A stretch of DNA of 64,000 nucleotides from Campylobacterota bacterium (GTDB lineage: Bacteria > Campylobacterota > Campylobacteria > Campylobacterales > Sulfurimonadaceae), in contig JBFMGG010000003.1 in the NCBI GenBank assembly GCA_040752835.1, positions 226,490-290,489 of the forward strand, given 5' to 3'. A program made the position numbers and the translations under genes. Under the pieces are notes generated by a model. The model worked only from the letters and a program-made list of their open reading frames with translations. It ran no database searches and was not told the origin of the DNA. Of this stretch, positions 1 to 11,060 are shown one piece after another (the first letter of the stretch is position 1; each line of letters opens with the position of its first letter).

Positions 1-1
1 T

Positions 2-1333
2 ATGTACACCATGAAAAATACCAAAATGATGGTTTTCGGTTTTGCCAGCGCCGTGGCGATCAGCATCGCCCTCTCCACCTCCTTGCTTGCCAAAAGCGAC
101 CCGGCCGCTCCGGCAGAGCCCTCCATCGAAGCCTCCCGTCTCCAGTCGTTGGCGAAATTCACCAAAGTTCTCAGCATCGTCGAGCAATACAATGTTGACA
201 ACCTGACCATCGATCAGCTGATCGACAAATCGCTGCAGGGGATGCTCTCCAACCTCGACGCCCACTCGACCTATCTGGACAAAAAAAGCTACGACAACCT
301 CAAAACGCAGACCGACGGCGAATTCGGCGGGCTTGGAATCACCGTCGGGATGCGCGACAATGCCCTCACCGTCATCTCCCCGATCGAAGGGACTCCCGCA
401 GACAAAGCGGGGATCAAGGCGGGCGACGTCATCCTCAAGATCAACGACAAAGCGACGCTGGACATGACGATCGACGATGCCGTCGCCCTGATGCGCGGTA
501 CCCCGAAAACACCCATCGACCTGACCATCGTTCGCAAAGGGTCGGCTGAACCGCTGAAGTTTCACATCATCCGAGACATCATCACCGTCGAATCGGTCTA
601 TACCCGCACGATCGGCAAAGAGGTCCTCTACATCCGCGTCACGAATTTCGATAAAAAAGTGGCGGCCGACGTCAAGACGGCCATCAAAAAACACGCCAAA
701 ACGTCCAAGGGGATCATCCTTGATCTGCGGAACAATCCCGGCGGACTCCTCGATCAGGCGGTCGAACTGACCGACCTCTTCGTCGACGAGGGAACGATCG
801 TTTCCCAAAAAGGGCGCAACAAAGCCGACGACGTCAGTTACAGCGCCACCAAAAGCAACACGATCACCCATCTGCCGCTGGTCGTTTTGGTCAACGAAGG
901 TTCGGCCAGCGCCTCGGAAATTGTCAGCGGGGCGATCCAGGATCTTAAACGTGGCGTCATCATCGGCGAAAAAACGTTCGGAAAAGGTTCGGTCCAGGTC
1001 GTGATGCCCATCACCGACTCCGAAGCGGTCAAACTGACGGTCGCGCGCTACTATCTCCCTAGCGGACGCACGATCCAGGCCGTCGGCGTAACGCCGGACA
1101 TCGAAGTCACCTCCGGCGAGATCAAAAGCCACGACAAGTCGTTCAATATTAAAGAAGCCGACCTCAAAAAGCACCTTCAAAACGAGCTCGAAAAAGAGGG
1201 CGGTATGGTCGACGTGACCGAAGCGGGTACCGGCAATAAAACGACCATCACCGCCGAGCAGATGAACAAAGACCTCCAGCTCAAAGAAGCGGTCGACATT
1301 ATCAAAGCATTAATCATAGTCAAAGGAAAATAA
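2..1333 (+). CDS. ctpA: Carboxy-terminal processing (S41, tail-specific) protease with PDZ domain
   Basis: 443-aa ORF. N-terminal signal-like segment [25 protein letters not shown]-like GLGITVG...[20 protein letters not shown]41 core [13 protein letters not shown] and [12 protein letters not shown]. The start could be the ATG at 2, 11 or 26, and the ORF touches the window edge. Confidence 0.85.
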   Translation: MYTMKNTKMMVFGFASAVAISIALSTSLLAKSDPAAPAEPSIEASRLQSLAKFTKVLSIVEQYNVDNLTIDQLIDKSLQGMLSNLDAHSTYLDKKSYDNLKTQTDGEFGGLGITVGMRDNALTVISPIEGTPADKAGIKAGDVILKINDKATLDMTIDDAVALMRGTPKTPIDLTIVRKGSAEPLKFHIIRDIITVESVYTRTIGKEVLYIRVTNFDKKVAADVKTAIKKHAKTSKGIILDLRNNPGGLLDQAVELTDLFVDEGTIVSQKGRNKADDVSYSATKSNTITHLPLVVLVNEGSASASEIVSGAIQDLKRGVIIGEKTFGKGSVQVVMPITDSEAVKLTVARYYLPSGRTIQAVGVTPDIEVTSGEIKSHDKSFNIKEADLKKHLQNELEKEGGMVDVTEAGTGNKTTITAEQMNKDLQLKEAVDIIKALIIVKGK

Positions 1334-1335
1334 TT

Positions 1336-2046
1336 ATGGAAAAACGCGAACTACTCTACGAAGGAAAAGCCAAACGTCTTTTCAGCACCGACGATGCGAA
1401 CCTCGTCATTGCCGAATTCAAAGACGATCTGACTGCTTTCAACGGAGCCAAAAAAGCCAGTGAAGCGGGTAAAGGGGCACTGAACAACCGCATTTCGACC
1501 GAGCTTTTCAAAATGCTCGCTTCCAAAGGCGTCGAGTCCCATTTCGTCGAGATGCTCGACGAAAACCACATGCTGTGCAAAAAAGTCGACATCATCCTCA
1601 TCGAAGTGATCGTCCGCAACATCGCGACGGGCAGTCTGAGCAAAAACCTCGGTATTCCCGACGGCAAAGTACTCCCCTTCACACTGGTGGAATTCGATTA
1701 CAAAAACGATGAGCTCGGCGATCCGAAGCTCAACGACCAGCACTGCCTCATCCTCGAACTGGTGAAAAACGAAGCCGAACTCGACCAGCTGCGCGCGATG
1801 GCACGTCAGGTCAACGACATCCTCCGCCCTTATTTCGCCGAAAAAGGGCTCAATCTCGTCGATTTCAAACTCGAGTTCGGCCGCGACAAGGATGGCAAAA
1901 TCATCCTGGCTGATGAGATCAGTCCCGACAACTGCCGTTTCTGGGATCTGGCGACGGGAGAAAAAATGGACAAAGACCGTTTCCGTCAGGGTCTCGGCGG
2001 CCTGAAAGTCGCGTACGAAGAAGTACTGAACCGTATTCTCGGATAA
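1336..2046 (+). CDS. purC: Phosphoribosylaminoimidazole-succinocarboxamide (SAICAR) synthase
   Basis: 236 aa. N-terminus [11 protein letters not shown] and [13 protein letters not shown] are typical PurC. Followed by purS and purQ. Confidence 0.95.
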   Translation: MEKRELLYEGKAKRLFSTDDANLVIAEFKDDLTAFNGAKKASEAGKGALNNRISTELFKMLASKGVESHFVEMLDENHMLCKKVDIILIEVIVRNIATGSLSKNLGIPDGKVLPFTLVEFDYKNDELGDPKLNDQHCLILELVKNEAELDQLRAMARQVNDILRPYFAEKGLNLVDFKLEFGRDKDGKIILADEISPDNCRFWDLATGEKMDKDRFRQGLGGLKVAYEEVLNRILG

Positions 2047-2063
2047 ATTTTAGAAGGAACAGC

Positions 2064-2306
2064 ATGAAAGCAATCGTCAACGTATTTTTGAAAAACGGAG
2101 TCCTTGACTCTCAGGGCAAAGCGGTACAGCACGCCCTTGCCCATCACGGATTCGAAAGCGTGCGCGACGTCCGCGTCGGCAAACAGATCATTATCGAAAT
2201 GAACGAGAGCGATGCGGCTTCCGCCAAGGAAAAAGTCGCCCACATGTGCGAAGAACTGCTCGCCAACACCGTTATCGAAGATTACGAGATCGAGATCCAA
2301 GCATGA
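2064..2306 (+). CDS. purS: FGAM synthase subunit PurS
   Basis: 80-aa ORF of typical PurS size and sequence (VFLKNGVLDSQGKAV...). Located between purC and purQ. Its stop overlaps the purQ ATG (ATGA). Confidence 0.9.
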   Translation: MKAIVNVFLKNGVLDSQGKAVQHALAHHGFESVRDVRVGKQIIIEMNESDAASAKEKVAHMCEELLANTVIEDYEIEIQA

Positions 2307-2977
2307 AAGTAGGCATTATCCAGTTCCCGGGAACCAACTGCGAATACGATACGCAGTACGCCTTCAACGCGCTGGGATGCGAAACGCAGATTCTGTGGCA
2401 CAAAGACGAAGCGATCCCCGAGGGGACCGACCTTGTCGTTGTCGCGGGAGGCTTCAGCTACGGCGACTACCTCCGCAGCGGAGCGATCGCGAAAATGTCA
2501 CCGATCATGAAGGCGCTCAAACGGTATGCGGACAACGGCGGAAAAGTTCTGGGGATCTGTAACGGATTCCAGGTACTGACCGAAACGGGACTGCTGCCGG
2601 GCGCTCTCAAACGCAATGAAGGGCTCCATTTCATTTCCCGTCACCACCATCTCAAAGTCCTCAGCAACGCCAATACCTTCCTTCGTCGCTGCAATGTCGG
2701 GGATGTCGTGAACATCCCCATCGCCCACCACGACGGGAATTATTACATCGACGAAGCGGGTCTCAAAGAGCTTTACGCCAACGATCAGGTACTGCTTCAA
2801 TATACCGACGCACAAGGCAACATCGACAACCCCAACGGTTCGGTCGATTCGATCGCCGGTGTCTGCAACAAGGCCAAAAACGTATTCGGACTCATGCCGC
2901 ACCCCGAGCGGGCAATGGAAGCGCTGCTCGGATCCGGCGACGGCAAAGCGATGCTTGAAGGGTTTTTGAACGCTTGA
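2303..2977 (+). CDS. purQ: FGAM synthase glutamine amidotransferase subunit PurQ
   Basis: [16 protein letters not shown]..., catalytic GICNGFQ, and C-terminal HPER. The track ORF begins at 2246, but the ATG at 2303 gives the canonical N-terminus and a 4-nt overlap with purS. Confidence 0.92.
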   Translation: MKVGIIQFPGTNCEYDTQYAFNALGCETQILWHKDEAIPEGTDLVVVAGGFSYGDYLRSGAIAKMSPIMKALKRYADNGGKVLGICNGFQVLTETGLLPGALKRNEGLHFISRHHHLKVLSNANTFLRRCNVGDVVNIPIAHHDGNYYIDEAGLKELYANDQVLLQYTDAQGNIDNPNGSVDSIAGVCNKAKNVFGLMPHPERAMEALLGSGDGKAMLEGFLNA

Positions 2978-4134
2978 AAACGCTAGCTTTCTTTCTCCTG
3001 ATTGCGGTTGCCCTACCGTTTGCGTTCGCCGAGCCCTCCGTGCTCAACGACCCTGCCGCCGCGCAGGAGAACGCTTCTTCCGAAGAGGCGGCGACGCCTT
3101 CGGAGACGGGAGGGGACATCAACGCCCTCTTCGACGGCGTGAACGCCGCACTGAATGTTCAGTTCACCGACCTTCCCAGCCGTGCGTACATCGGCGAGAT
3201 CGTCTCCGTAACGGTCAAGCTCACTCCCGTCGACGTCGCTTCGGGCAACATCGAGTATACGATCCAAAACGAAGAGGGGCTTCGCATCTTCAGCGATACC
3301 CCCCGCCGCAAAGTCAAGGAAGACGGGGTATACGACACGTTTTATTTCCTCGTCCAGTCCGCATCCGTGCGTCTTCCCGACATTACCGCCACGGTCACCT
3401 CGACGGGATCGGTCTCGCCGACGCTCAGCGGTTCGACCCTGAGCGCTTCCTCGCTCACTCCCCCATCGTCGTTCGCAAACGTCCTTGCCGAGCGGTTTGA
3501 AATCGTCAACTACAAAACGACGCCTTACAATAACGAAAGCAACGTCGTCATCTTCACCGCCAAAGCTCAGCGGTGCGATATCGGAAGTTTCCGCCTCCCC
3601 AATGCCATCAAACAGGGCTTCGAGTCAAAAATCTCGAACGTCGGCGAATCGCAGATGACGTTCTACGCCATCATTCCCAATACCGAAGAGACGCTGAATT
3701 TTTCGTATTTCAACCTCTCCAAACAACGTTACGAATCGCTCGTGATCCCCATCATCGTCGATGACGATACGGTCTCCACCCAAAGCGATCTCTCCCCGAC
3801 CGACGCCCGCCATACCGAGCTCAAAGTCACCGCTTCGGTCATCACCGTCGCCGTCTTGTTCGCGCTCTTTTACTGGAGACGCCAGAAATGGTATCTTTAC
3901 CTCTCTGCACTGCCCATGTTTTACGTCATTTACGTCCTTCTTCCCAATCCGGACGTCTGTGTCAAAAAAGGAGCCCCGATCTACCTGCTGCCGATCAAAC
4001 ACGGCACCATCTTCGAAATGACGATGCAGGAAGAGCATTTCGAAGCGGAAAAAACGGTCGGAGAATTCACCAAGGTACATCTGCCGAACGACCATATCGG
4101 ATGGGTTCATGAACGCGATCTTTGCTCGAATTAG
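2974..4134 (+). CDS. Hypothetical exported/membrane protein with C-terminal SH3-like segment
   Basis: 386 aa. Signal peptide [19 protein letters not shown]. Late TM segments ([31 protein letters not shown]), then a short beta-rich tail ([15 protein letters not shown]...[10 protein letters not shown]). TTG start overlaps the purQ stop (TTGA). No family recognised with confidence. Confidence 0.6.
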   Translation: MKTLAFFLLIAVALPFAFAEPSVLNDPAAAQENASSEEAATPSETGGDINALFDGVNAALNVQFTDLPSRAYIGEIVSVTVKLTPVDVASGNIEYTIQNEEGLRIFSDTPRRKVKEDGVYDTFYFLVQSASVRLPDITATVTSTGSVSPTLSGSTLSASSLTPPSSFANVLAERFEIVNYKTTPYNNESNVVIFTAKAQRCDIGSFRLPNAIKQGFESKISNVGESQMTFYAIIPNTEETLNFSYFNLSKQRYESLVIPIIVDDDTVSTQSDLSPTDARHTELKVTASVITVAVLFALFYWRRQKWYLYLSALPMFYVIYVLLPNPDVCVKKGAPIYLLPIKHGTIFEMTMQEEHFEAEKTVGEFTKVHLPNDHIGWVHERDLCSN

Positions 4135-4810
4135 ATGGCTTTACGCCCTCATCGTCATCTTTACCGGGATGACGTTGATGATCGCCATTTTCCACTTCGT
4201 TCCCAACCCCTATGCCCAGAAGATCAGCGCATGGTTCATCCGGCTGCTCGTTTTTATCCCCGTACGGGTCAAGGGGACTCCCGATCCTGACGCACAGATG
4301 TTTTTGCTCAACCACCAAAGTGACATCGATATCGGGATCATGGAGACGATCACCCCAAAAGACCTCGCCTGGGTTGCCAAAAAAGAACTCTTCGACGTTC
4401 CGTTTTTCGGGCTCGTCGTCAAGCTTCCCAAGGACATCGCACTCGAACGCGAAAGCAAAACCGCACTGGTGAAACTGATCAAAGAGTGCAAAGACCGCCT
4501 CGATCGAGGCCGCGTCATTACGATTTTCCCCGAAGGAACGCGCACCGAGACGGGCAAAATGAAACCGTTCAAAGCGGGGGCGAAAATGGTCGCCGACAAA
4601 TACGCCCTGAAAGTCCAACCCGTCGTTTTGATCGCGACGGCCTGGCATTTCAGCAACAAGCGCAAAGATTTCCGCCCCGGCACCGTCACCGCGATCTACA
4701 TGGATTCCTTCGTAGCCGACAAGGAAGATCCGCAGTGGCTGAACCAGCTTCAGGAAAAGATGCAAAAGGTCTACGACGATGAGCTTTCAAACCATCCTCG
4801 CTATCGGTAG
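4109..4810 (+). CDS. plsC: 1-acyl-sn-glycerol-3-phosphate acyltransferase
   Basis: 233 aa. N-terminal TM. HX4D motif NHQSDIDIG and FPEGTR motif. Confidence 0.85.
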   Translation: MNAIFARIRWLYALIVIFTGMTLMIAIFHFVPNPYAQKISAWFIRLLVFIPVRVKGTPDPDAQMFLLNHQSDIDIGIMETITPKDLAWVAKKELFDVPFFGLVVKLPKDIALERESKTALVKLIKECKDRLDRGRVITIFPEGTRTETGKMKPFKAGAKMVADKYALKVQPVVLIATAWHFSNKRKDFRPGTVTAIYMDSFVADKEDPQWLNQLQEKMQKVYDDELSNHPRYR

Positions 4811-5165
4811 CGGTGCTTTCATCGGCGCGGTATTGCGCGCCTATCTGGGCGGCGTCGTCAACCACCACGTCCCCCATGCCCTCCCTTTCGGCACGCTCTC
4901 GGTCAATCTCATCGGCAGCTTCATCATAGGGGCCCTGTTCGCCTATTTCAGCTATACGACTTTTTTGAGCGTACAAATGAAATCGTTTCTCACGACCGGT
5001 TTTCTGGGGGGGCTGACCACCTATTCGACGTTTGCGATCGAAACCTTTTTTCTCCTCAGCGGCGGTCATTTGCTCCTTGCCGCCGCCAACATGGCGCTCA
5101 ATACGTTCGGAACCGTTCTCATGGCCGCGTCAGGCTATTATCTCTTCCGCCACTGGCTCTCCTAA
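4779..5165 (+). CDS. crcB: Fluoride ion channel CrcB/FluC
   Basis: 128 aa with 4 TM segments. AIGSGAFIGAVLRY-like N-terminus and GFLGGLTTYSTF motif. Confidence 0.85.
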   Translation: MSFQTILAIGSGAFIGAVLRAYLGGVVNHHVPHALPFGTLSVNLIGSFIIGALFAYFSYTTFLSVQMKSFLTTGFLGGLTTYSTFAIETFFLLSGGHLLLAAANMALNTFGTVLMAASGYYLFRHWLS

Positions 5166-5729
5166 TACCACAATCTCATCGGCGCACCACCGGGCGAGAT
5201 CGGCATCGTGGGTAATCAGCAGCACCCCGCGTTCACCCAGATTTTCCACGATCAGTTTCATGATATCGACCTGGTTGAGGTTGTCCAGCGCCGATGTGGG
5301 TTCATCCAGCAGCAGCACGCCGGGGTTCATCAGCAGCGAGCGCAGTATCGAGCAACGCTGGAGCTGCCCGCCCGAGAGGCGGTGCGGCAGAGAATCGAGA
5401 TGATGCGGACTCAATCCCATTTTTCCCATCAGCGTCTCTATCCCCTCCACCGACGCTACCTCGCGGATCTGCTCGCGTATCGTATAGGTAGGATGAAACG
5501 AGCTGTAGGGATCTTGAAAGACCTGCGACAGGGATGCCGAGCGAATGCTCCCCGAAAAGGGCTTCAATTCACCCAGAATCAAGGAAAACAGCGTCGATTT
5601 TCCGATGCCGCTGGGACCCACGATCGCTTTGATCTCGCCCGCACGGAGGGAAAGGGAGAAGTTTTCAAACAAAAGCGTATTTTTTGTATATCCAAAAGAT
5701 ATATTTTGGATATCTAATACGTTATTCAA
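5130..5729 (-). CDS. ABC transporter ATP-binding protein (Opp/Dpp/Nik F-type, short, no adjacent permease)
   Basis: Walker A GPSGIGKST, QDPYSSFHP (peptide/nickel-type), signature LSGGQLQR, Walker B LLLDEPTSALD, H-loop ITHD. Start overlaps the proA stop by 4 nt. Confidence 0.85.
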   Translation of the reverse strand: MNNVLDIQNISFGYTKNTLLFENFSLSLRAGEIKAIVGPSGIGKSTLFSLILGELKPFSGSIRSASLSQVFQDPYSSFHPTYTIREQIREVASVEGIETLMGKMGLSPHHLDSLPHRLSGGQLQRCSILRSLLMNPGVLLLDEPTSALDNLNQVDIMKLIVENLGERGVLLITHDADLARWCADEIVVLGEPVAEEIIA

Positions 5730-6958
5730 CGGGTTTGACCCTTGCCGTAGATTTTGTATTTGTACGTCGTCAGCCCCTCCACTCCCATCGGGCCTCTGGC
5801 GTGGAGTTTGTTTGTACTGATCCCCACTTCGGCACCGAAACCGAATGCTCCGCCGTCGGTAAAGCGGGTCGAGGCGTTCACGTACACCGCCGCCGCATCG
5901 ACCGCATCGAGGAAACGCTCGGACGTCGTGATGTTTTCGGTGATGATCGCTTCGGAATGGCCCGAACCGAACCGTACGATATGGCTGATCGCACCCTCTA
6001 CCCCGTCGACCACCCGAATGTTCAGGATGTTCGCAAGGTATTCAGTATCGAAGTCCTCTTCGCTCGCCTTTTCCACCTCGATCCATTCACGGGTCTGGTC
6101 GCATCCTTTGAGGCGGGTGTGGGCACGTTCGAACGCCTCTTTGAACAACGGCAAAACGTTTGGGGCGATGCTTCGGTCCACCAGCAGCGTCTCCATCGAA
6201 TTGCAGACGCCGGGGCGCTGCACTTTTGCATTCAAAGCAATCGCAAGCGCGTTTTCGATGTTTGCGTCGCGGTCGATGTAGGTATGGCACAGCCCCTTAT
6301 CGTGTTTGACGACGGGAACGGTCGCATTTTCGCTCACGTAGCGGATCAATCCTTCGCCGCCGCGCGGGACGATCAGATCGACGTATTTGTCCATACGGAT
6401 CAGCTTCGTTACCCCTTCGCGCGACGAATCGGGCAGCAACGCAACCAGCTCGGCGGGGAGAGTGTTACGCAGTAATACCCCCTGCAAAGCCTGTGCGATG
6501 GCGCGGTTGGACGCTTCGGCCTCCTTGCCCCCCTTGAGCACACAGCCGTTGGCGCTTTTGAAGCAGAGCGCCGCCGTATCGGAGGTGACGTTGGGGCGCG
6601 ATTCGTAGATGATACCGATCACCCCGATGGGGATCGAGACTTTCTCGATTTTCAGTCCCGCCTCGGTAACCCACCCTTCGATCACTTTGCCGACAGGGTC
6701 TTTGAGCGCGGCGATCTCTTCAATCGCAACGGCCATCGCCTCGATCCGTTTCTCATCGAGAAAGAGCCGTTCTTTCATTGAATCGGACAGTCCCGCCTCG
6801 TGGGAGTTGCGCATGTCGATCGCGTTGGCTTCAATGATGTTCATCGTGTTGGAGCGAAGGGATTCGGCCATTTCGCGCAGGATTCGGTTACGTTCGCTGC
6901 CGCTCATCGTCGCAAGGACGCGACTGGCATTTTTGGCTTTTTCTAAAAACTGTTCCAT
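5726..6958 (-). CDS. proA: Gamma-glutamyl phosphate reductase
   Basis: 410 aa. Aldehyde-dehydrogenase-type ProA sequence along the full length (IIYESRPNVT, VCNSMETLLV, GHSEAIIT, NASTRFTDG). Confidence 0.95.
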   Translation of the reverse strand: MEQFLEKAKNASRVLATMSGSERNRILREMAESLRSNTMNIIEANAIDMRNSHEAGLSDSMKERLFLDEKRIEAMAVAIEEIAALKDPVGKVIEGWVTEAGLKIEKVSIPIGVIGIIYESRPNVTSDTAALCFKSANGCVLKGGKEAEASNRAIAQALQGVLLRNTLPAELVALLPDSSREGVTKLIRMDKYVDLIVPRGGEGLIRYVSENATVPVVKHDKGLCHTYIDRDANIENALAIALNAKVQRPGVCNSMETLLVDRSIAPNVLPLFKEAFERAHTRLKGCDQTREWIEVEKASEEDFDTEYLANILNIRVVDGVEGAISHIVRFGSGHSEAIITENITTSERFLDAVDAAAVYVNASTRFTDGGAFGFGAEVGISTNKLHARGPMGVEGLTTYKYKIYGKGQTR

Positions 6959-7048
6959 TTGAATTTCCCAAATAATATGGGGTAATTATAACAAGGAAGG
7001 GGAAGAATGAGAAAGGATTTCCCGCCGAAGCGGGAGAGAAGAGAGAAA

Positions 7049-8926
<1,878 letters not shown>

Positions 8927-8957
8927 GGTGTTTTCCTTTTATCGTAAATTCGTAGGT

Positions 8958-9497
8958 TTAATTGGCAATAACGACCATCGCATCGCGCAATGTCCGTTCT
9001 TTGTAGCGATACCCTTTTTGGAAGGTATTCACAATCGCGCCGCTTTCGTGATCCGGGCTGTCCACGCGCTGAACCGCGTTGTGGACGTTCGGATCGAACG
9101 GCTCGGATTCATCCACCGGAGTGACGCCGTGTTTTTCAAGCACGCCCAGAAGCTGCTTCATCGTGAGTTCAACACCTTCTTTAAGTTTTTCGAGCAACAC
9201 CGCGGGTTCCGCTTCGATCTCTGCCGCACCGATCGCCATTCCCAGCGAATCGACCACCGGGATCAAATCTTTGGCAAATTTTTCGTTCGCGTATTCGAGC
9301 GCCTGATATTTCTCACGCTCGAGCCGTTTCTTAATATTATCAAAATCCGCATGAACTCTCGCATAGGTATCTTTCAATGCGGCGAATTCCGCCCGTAAAG
9401 TTTCCAGTTCGTTTGCCCCTTCAGCGACGTTTTCGGCACTCTCCGAGAGGGTGCTTTGTTCGTTGCTCAGGGTCTCTTCTTTCGTTTCGGTTGACAT
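8958..9497 (-). CDS. grpE: Nucleotide exchange factor GrpE
   Basis: 179 aa. Acidic N-terminus, coiled coil, and a GrpE C-terminal beta domain (FDPNVHNAV...GYRYKERTLRDAMVVI). Immediately upstream of dnaK. Confidence 0.93.
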   Translation of the reverse strand: MSTETKEETLSNEQSTLSESAENVAEGANELETLRAEFAALKDTYARVHADFDNIKKRLEREKYQALEYANEKFAKDLIPVVDSLGMAIGAAEIEAEPAVLLEKLKEGVELTMKQLLGVLEKHGVTPVDESEPFDPNVHNAVQRVDSPDHESGAIVNTFQKGYRYKERTLRDAMVVIAN

Positions 9498-9532
9498 GAT
9501 CTCAAAAGACTCCTTTGTTGAAATCCGGCGAT

Positions 9533-9562
9533 ATTATAATGCATTGAGTCAACCATTGTCAA
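9533..9562 (-). promoter_or_regulatory. Consensus sigma70-type promoter of grpE-dnaK (TTGACA-N18-TATAAT)
   Basis: The minus strand reads cTTGACAatggttgactcaatgcatTATAATatc. -35 at 9557-9562, -10 at 9533-9538. AAAGGAG RBS before the grpE ATG. Confidence 0.5.
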
Positions 9563-9630
9563 GAGCTGCATTATTTTTTTTATGCAACAAACTTTAGTCT
9601 TCTTCTATCAAGTATGTCATCCGGCGGGAC

Positions 9631-9640
9631 ATGGTATAAT
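9631..9640 (+). promoter_or_regulatory. Extended -10 promoter element (TGgTATAAT) for the anion transporter gene
   Basis: aTGGTATAAT at 9631-9640, 23 nt upstream of the ATG at 9663. Confidence 0.35.
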
Positions 9641-9662
9641 AACTTCAAAAAAGAGAGTCGCC

Positions 9663-11060
9663 ATGGCCGCCAACCGGTATCTGATGATCGCTGTCCTTGT
9701 AGGGATGGCGGGGATCGCGTACACCCTCACTCCTCCGCTGGGGATTTCCCAACAGACGTGGGGGCTTTTCGTCATCTTCATCACCGCCATCGGCGCCATC
9801 CTTTTCAATCTTCTCCCCATTCTGACCGCATCACTGATTGCCCTGGCGACGGCGGTACTGGGGGGAGTGATCGATCCTTCCCGAGCCTATGCGGGATTTT
9901 CGGAAAGTTTCATTCTCCTCATCGTCGCCGCCTTTCTCGTCTCCCACGCCGTCCATAAATCGGGGTTGGGAAAACGGCTCTCGCTCCACATCGTCCGCCG
10001 CTTCGGCCATTCCACCCTGGGGCTGGGGTACAGCGTCGTGGCGACCGATATCCTCATCGCCCCGGCATTTCCGAGCAATACCGCCCGTTCGGGGGTCTTG
10101 TACCCGATCGTCTACGGTCTGGCCCACGACTGCGGATCGCGTGTCGGCGACGGCACCCATAAAAGGGCCGGGAGCTACCTGATGATGACCTCGATGGCGG
10201 GACTGACGATCTCATCGGGACTGTGGCTCACCGCCATGGCCGTCAATCCGGTCGGCGTCGAAATCGCCGCCAAAATGGGAATCCATATCTCGTTTGTCCA
10301 GTGGCTTCTCTACGCCCTTCTTCCCACTGCCGTGGCGTTCGGACTGATTCCTTGGGTCCTGTACAAAATCTATCCCCCCGAACTCAAGGAGACTCCCGAA
10401 GCTCCGGCCAAGGCGCTTGATGCCCTGCATAAAATGGGCCCTCTGAGCCGGAATGAATGGATTACGGGAGCCGTTTTTACCTCGATGCTGCTGCTCTGGT
10501 CGCTTTCGGGAATGTTCCCCATCGACAAAGCCGCAGTGGCGTTCGGAGGGCTTGGGATCTTGATGGCGACCCGCGTTTTTGGGATTGAGGATTTCAAAAG
10601 CCAAGGAGAAGCGCTCGGGACGCTCATCTGGTTCGCGATCCTCTTTGGGCTCTCGACCGAGCTAGCCGAGCAGGGGTTTATGCGCGCGATCGCCGAATAC
10701 TTCACCGCCTACCTGGACGGAATGGGATGGTGGAACGTTTACGTCCTTTTGATTCTGGTGTACGTACTGATCCATTATCTTTTCGTCTCCCAAAGCGCCC
10801 ATCTGCTGGCCCTTTTCGGTATTTTCCTCTCGGTCGGCGTTGCGGCCGGAGTTCCGGGGGTACTGATGGCCATGATGCTCCTGTTCGCGACGAATTTCAA
10901 CGCGACGATCGCCCCGCAGGGTTCGTCATGCAACGCCATCTACCTCAGCAGCGGCTACGTCAATGCCCGTGACATCTACCTCTATGGAGGGAGTATCACT
11001 CTGCTTAATTTCGTCGTCTTCATCCTGATCGGTACCCCATGGATACTGGCCCTCTCATGA
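9663..11060 (+). CDS. DASS-family (SLC13-like) anion:sodium symporter
   Basis: Polytopic membrane protein (~465 aa) resembling 2-oxoglutarate/malate or di/tricarboxylate permeases (SNTARSGVLYPI and NATIAPQGSSCNAI hairpin-like motifs). The track ORF starts at 9582. The ATG at 9663 (MAANRYLMIAV) follows an AAGAGAG RBS and the promoter element. Confidence 0.8.
   Translation: MAANRYLMIAVLVGMAGIAYTLTPPLGISQQTWGLFVIFITAIGAILFNLLPILTASLIALATAVLGGVIDPSRAYAGFSESFILLIVAAFLVSHAVHKSGLGKRLSLHIVRRFGHSTLGLGYSVVATDILIAPAFPSNTARSGVLYPIVYGLAHDCGSRVGDGTHKRAGSYLMMTSMAGLTISSGLWLTAMAVNPVGVEIAAKMGIHISFVQWLLYALLPTAVAFGLIPWVLYKIYPPELKETPEAPAKALDALHKMGPLSRNEWITGAVFTSMLLLWSLSGMFPIDKAAVAFGGLGILMATRVFGIEDFKSQGEALGTLIWFAILFGLSTELAEQGFMRAIAEYFTAYLDGMGWWNVYVLLILVYVLIHYLFVSQSAHLLALFGIFLSVGVAAGVPGVLMAMMLLFATNFNATIAPQGSSCNAIYLSSGYVNARDIYLYGGSITLLNFVVFILIGTPWILALS

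Noticed and set aside
2246-2302. N-terminal extensions in the ORF track: purQ (2246), the DASS transporter (9582), trpF (22880), murD (30358), the YtxH-like gene (35496), metE (39196), the PRTase (52613), the RDD protein (56562), prs (17275) and atpE (49599).
   Set aside because: In each case a downstream start gives the canonical conserved N-terminus. It usually also gives a 1-4-nt overlap or a short gap with the preceding gene, or a visible RBS. The extensions lie inside the upstream gene or in promoter DNA.
9541-9566. A possible HspR HAIR operator (ATTGAGT-N7-TGTCAAG) in the grpE promoter.
   Set aside because: The right arm does not match ACTCAAG when aligned at N7, and TGTCAA is better explained as the complement of the -35 hexamer TTGACA. 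It is kept only as a half-site remark in a finding.
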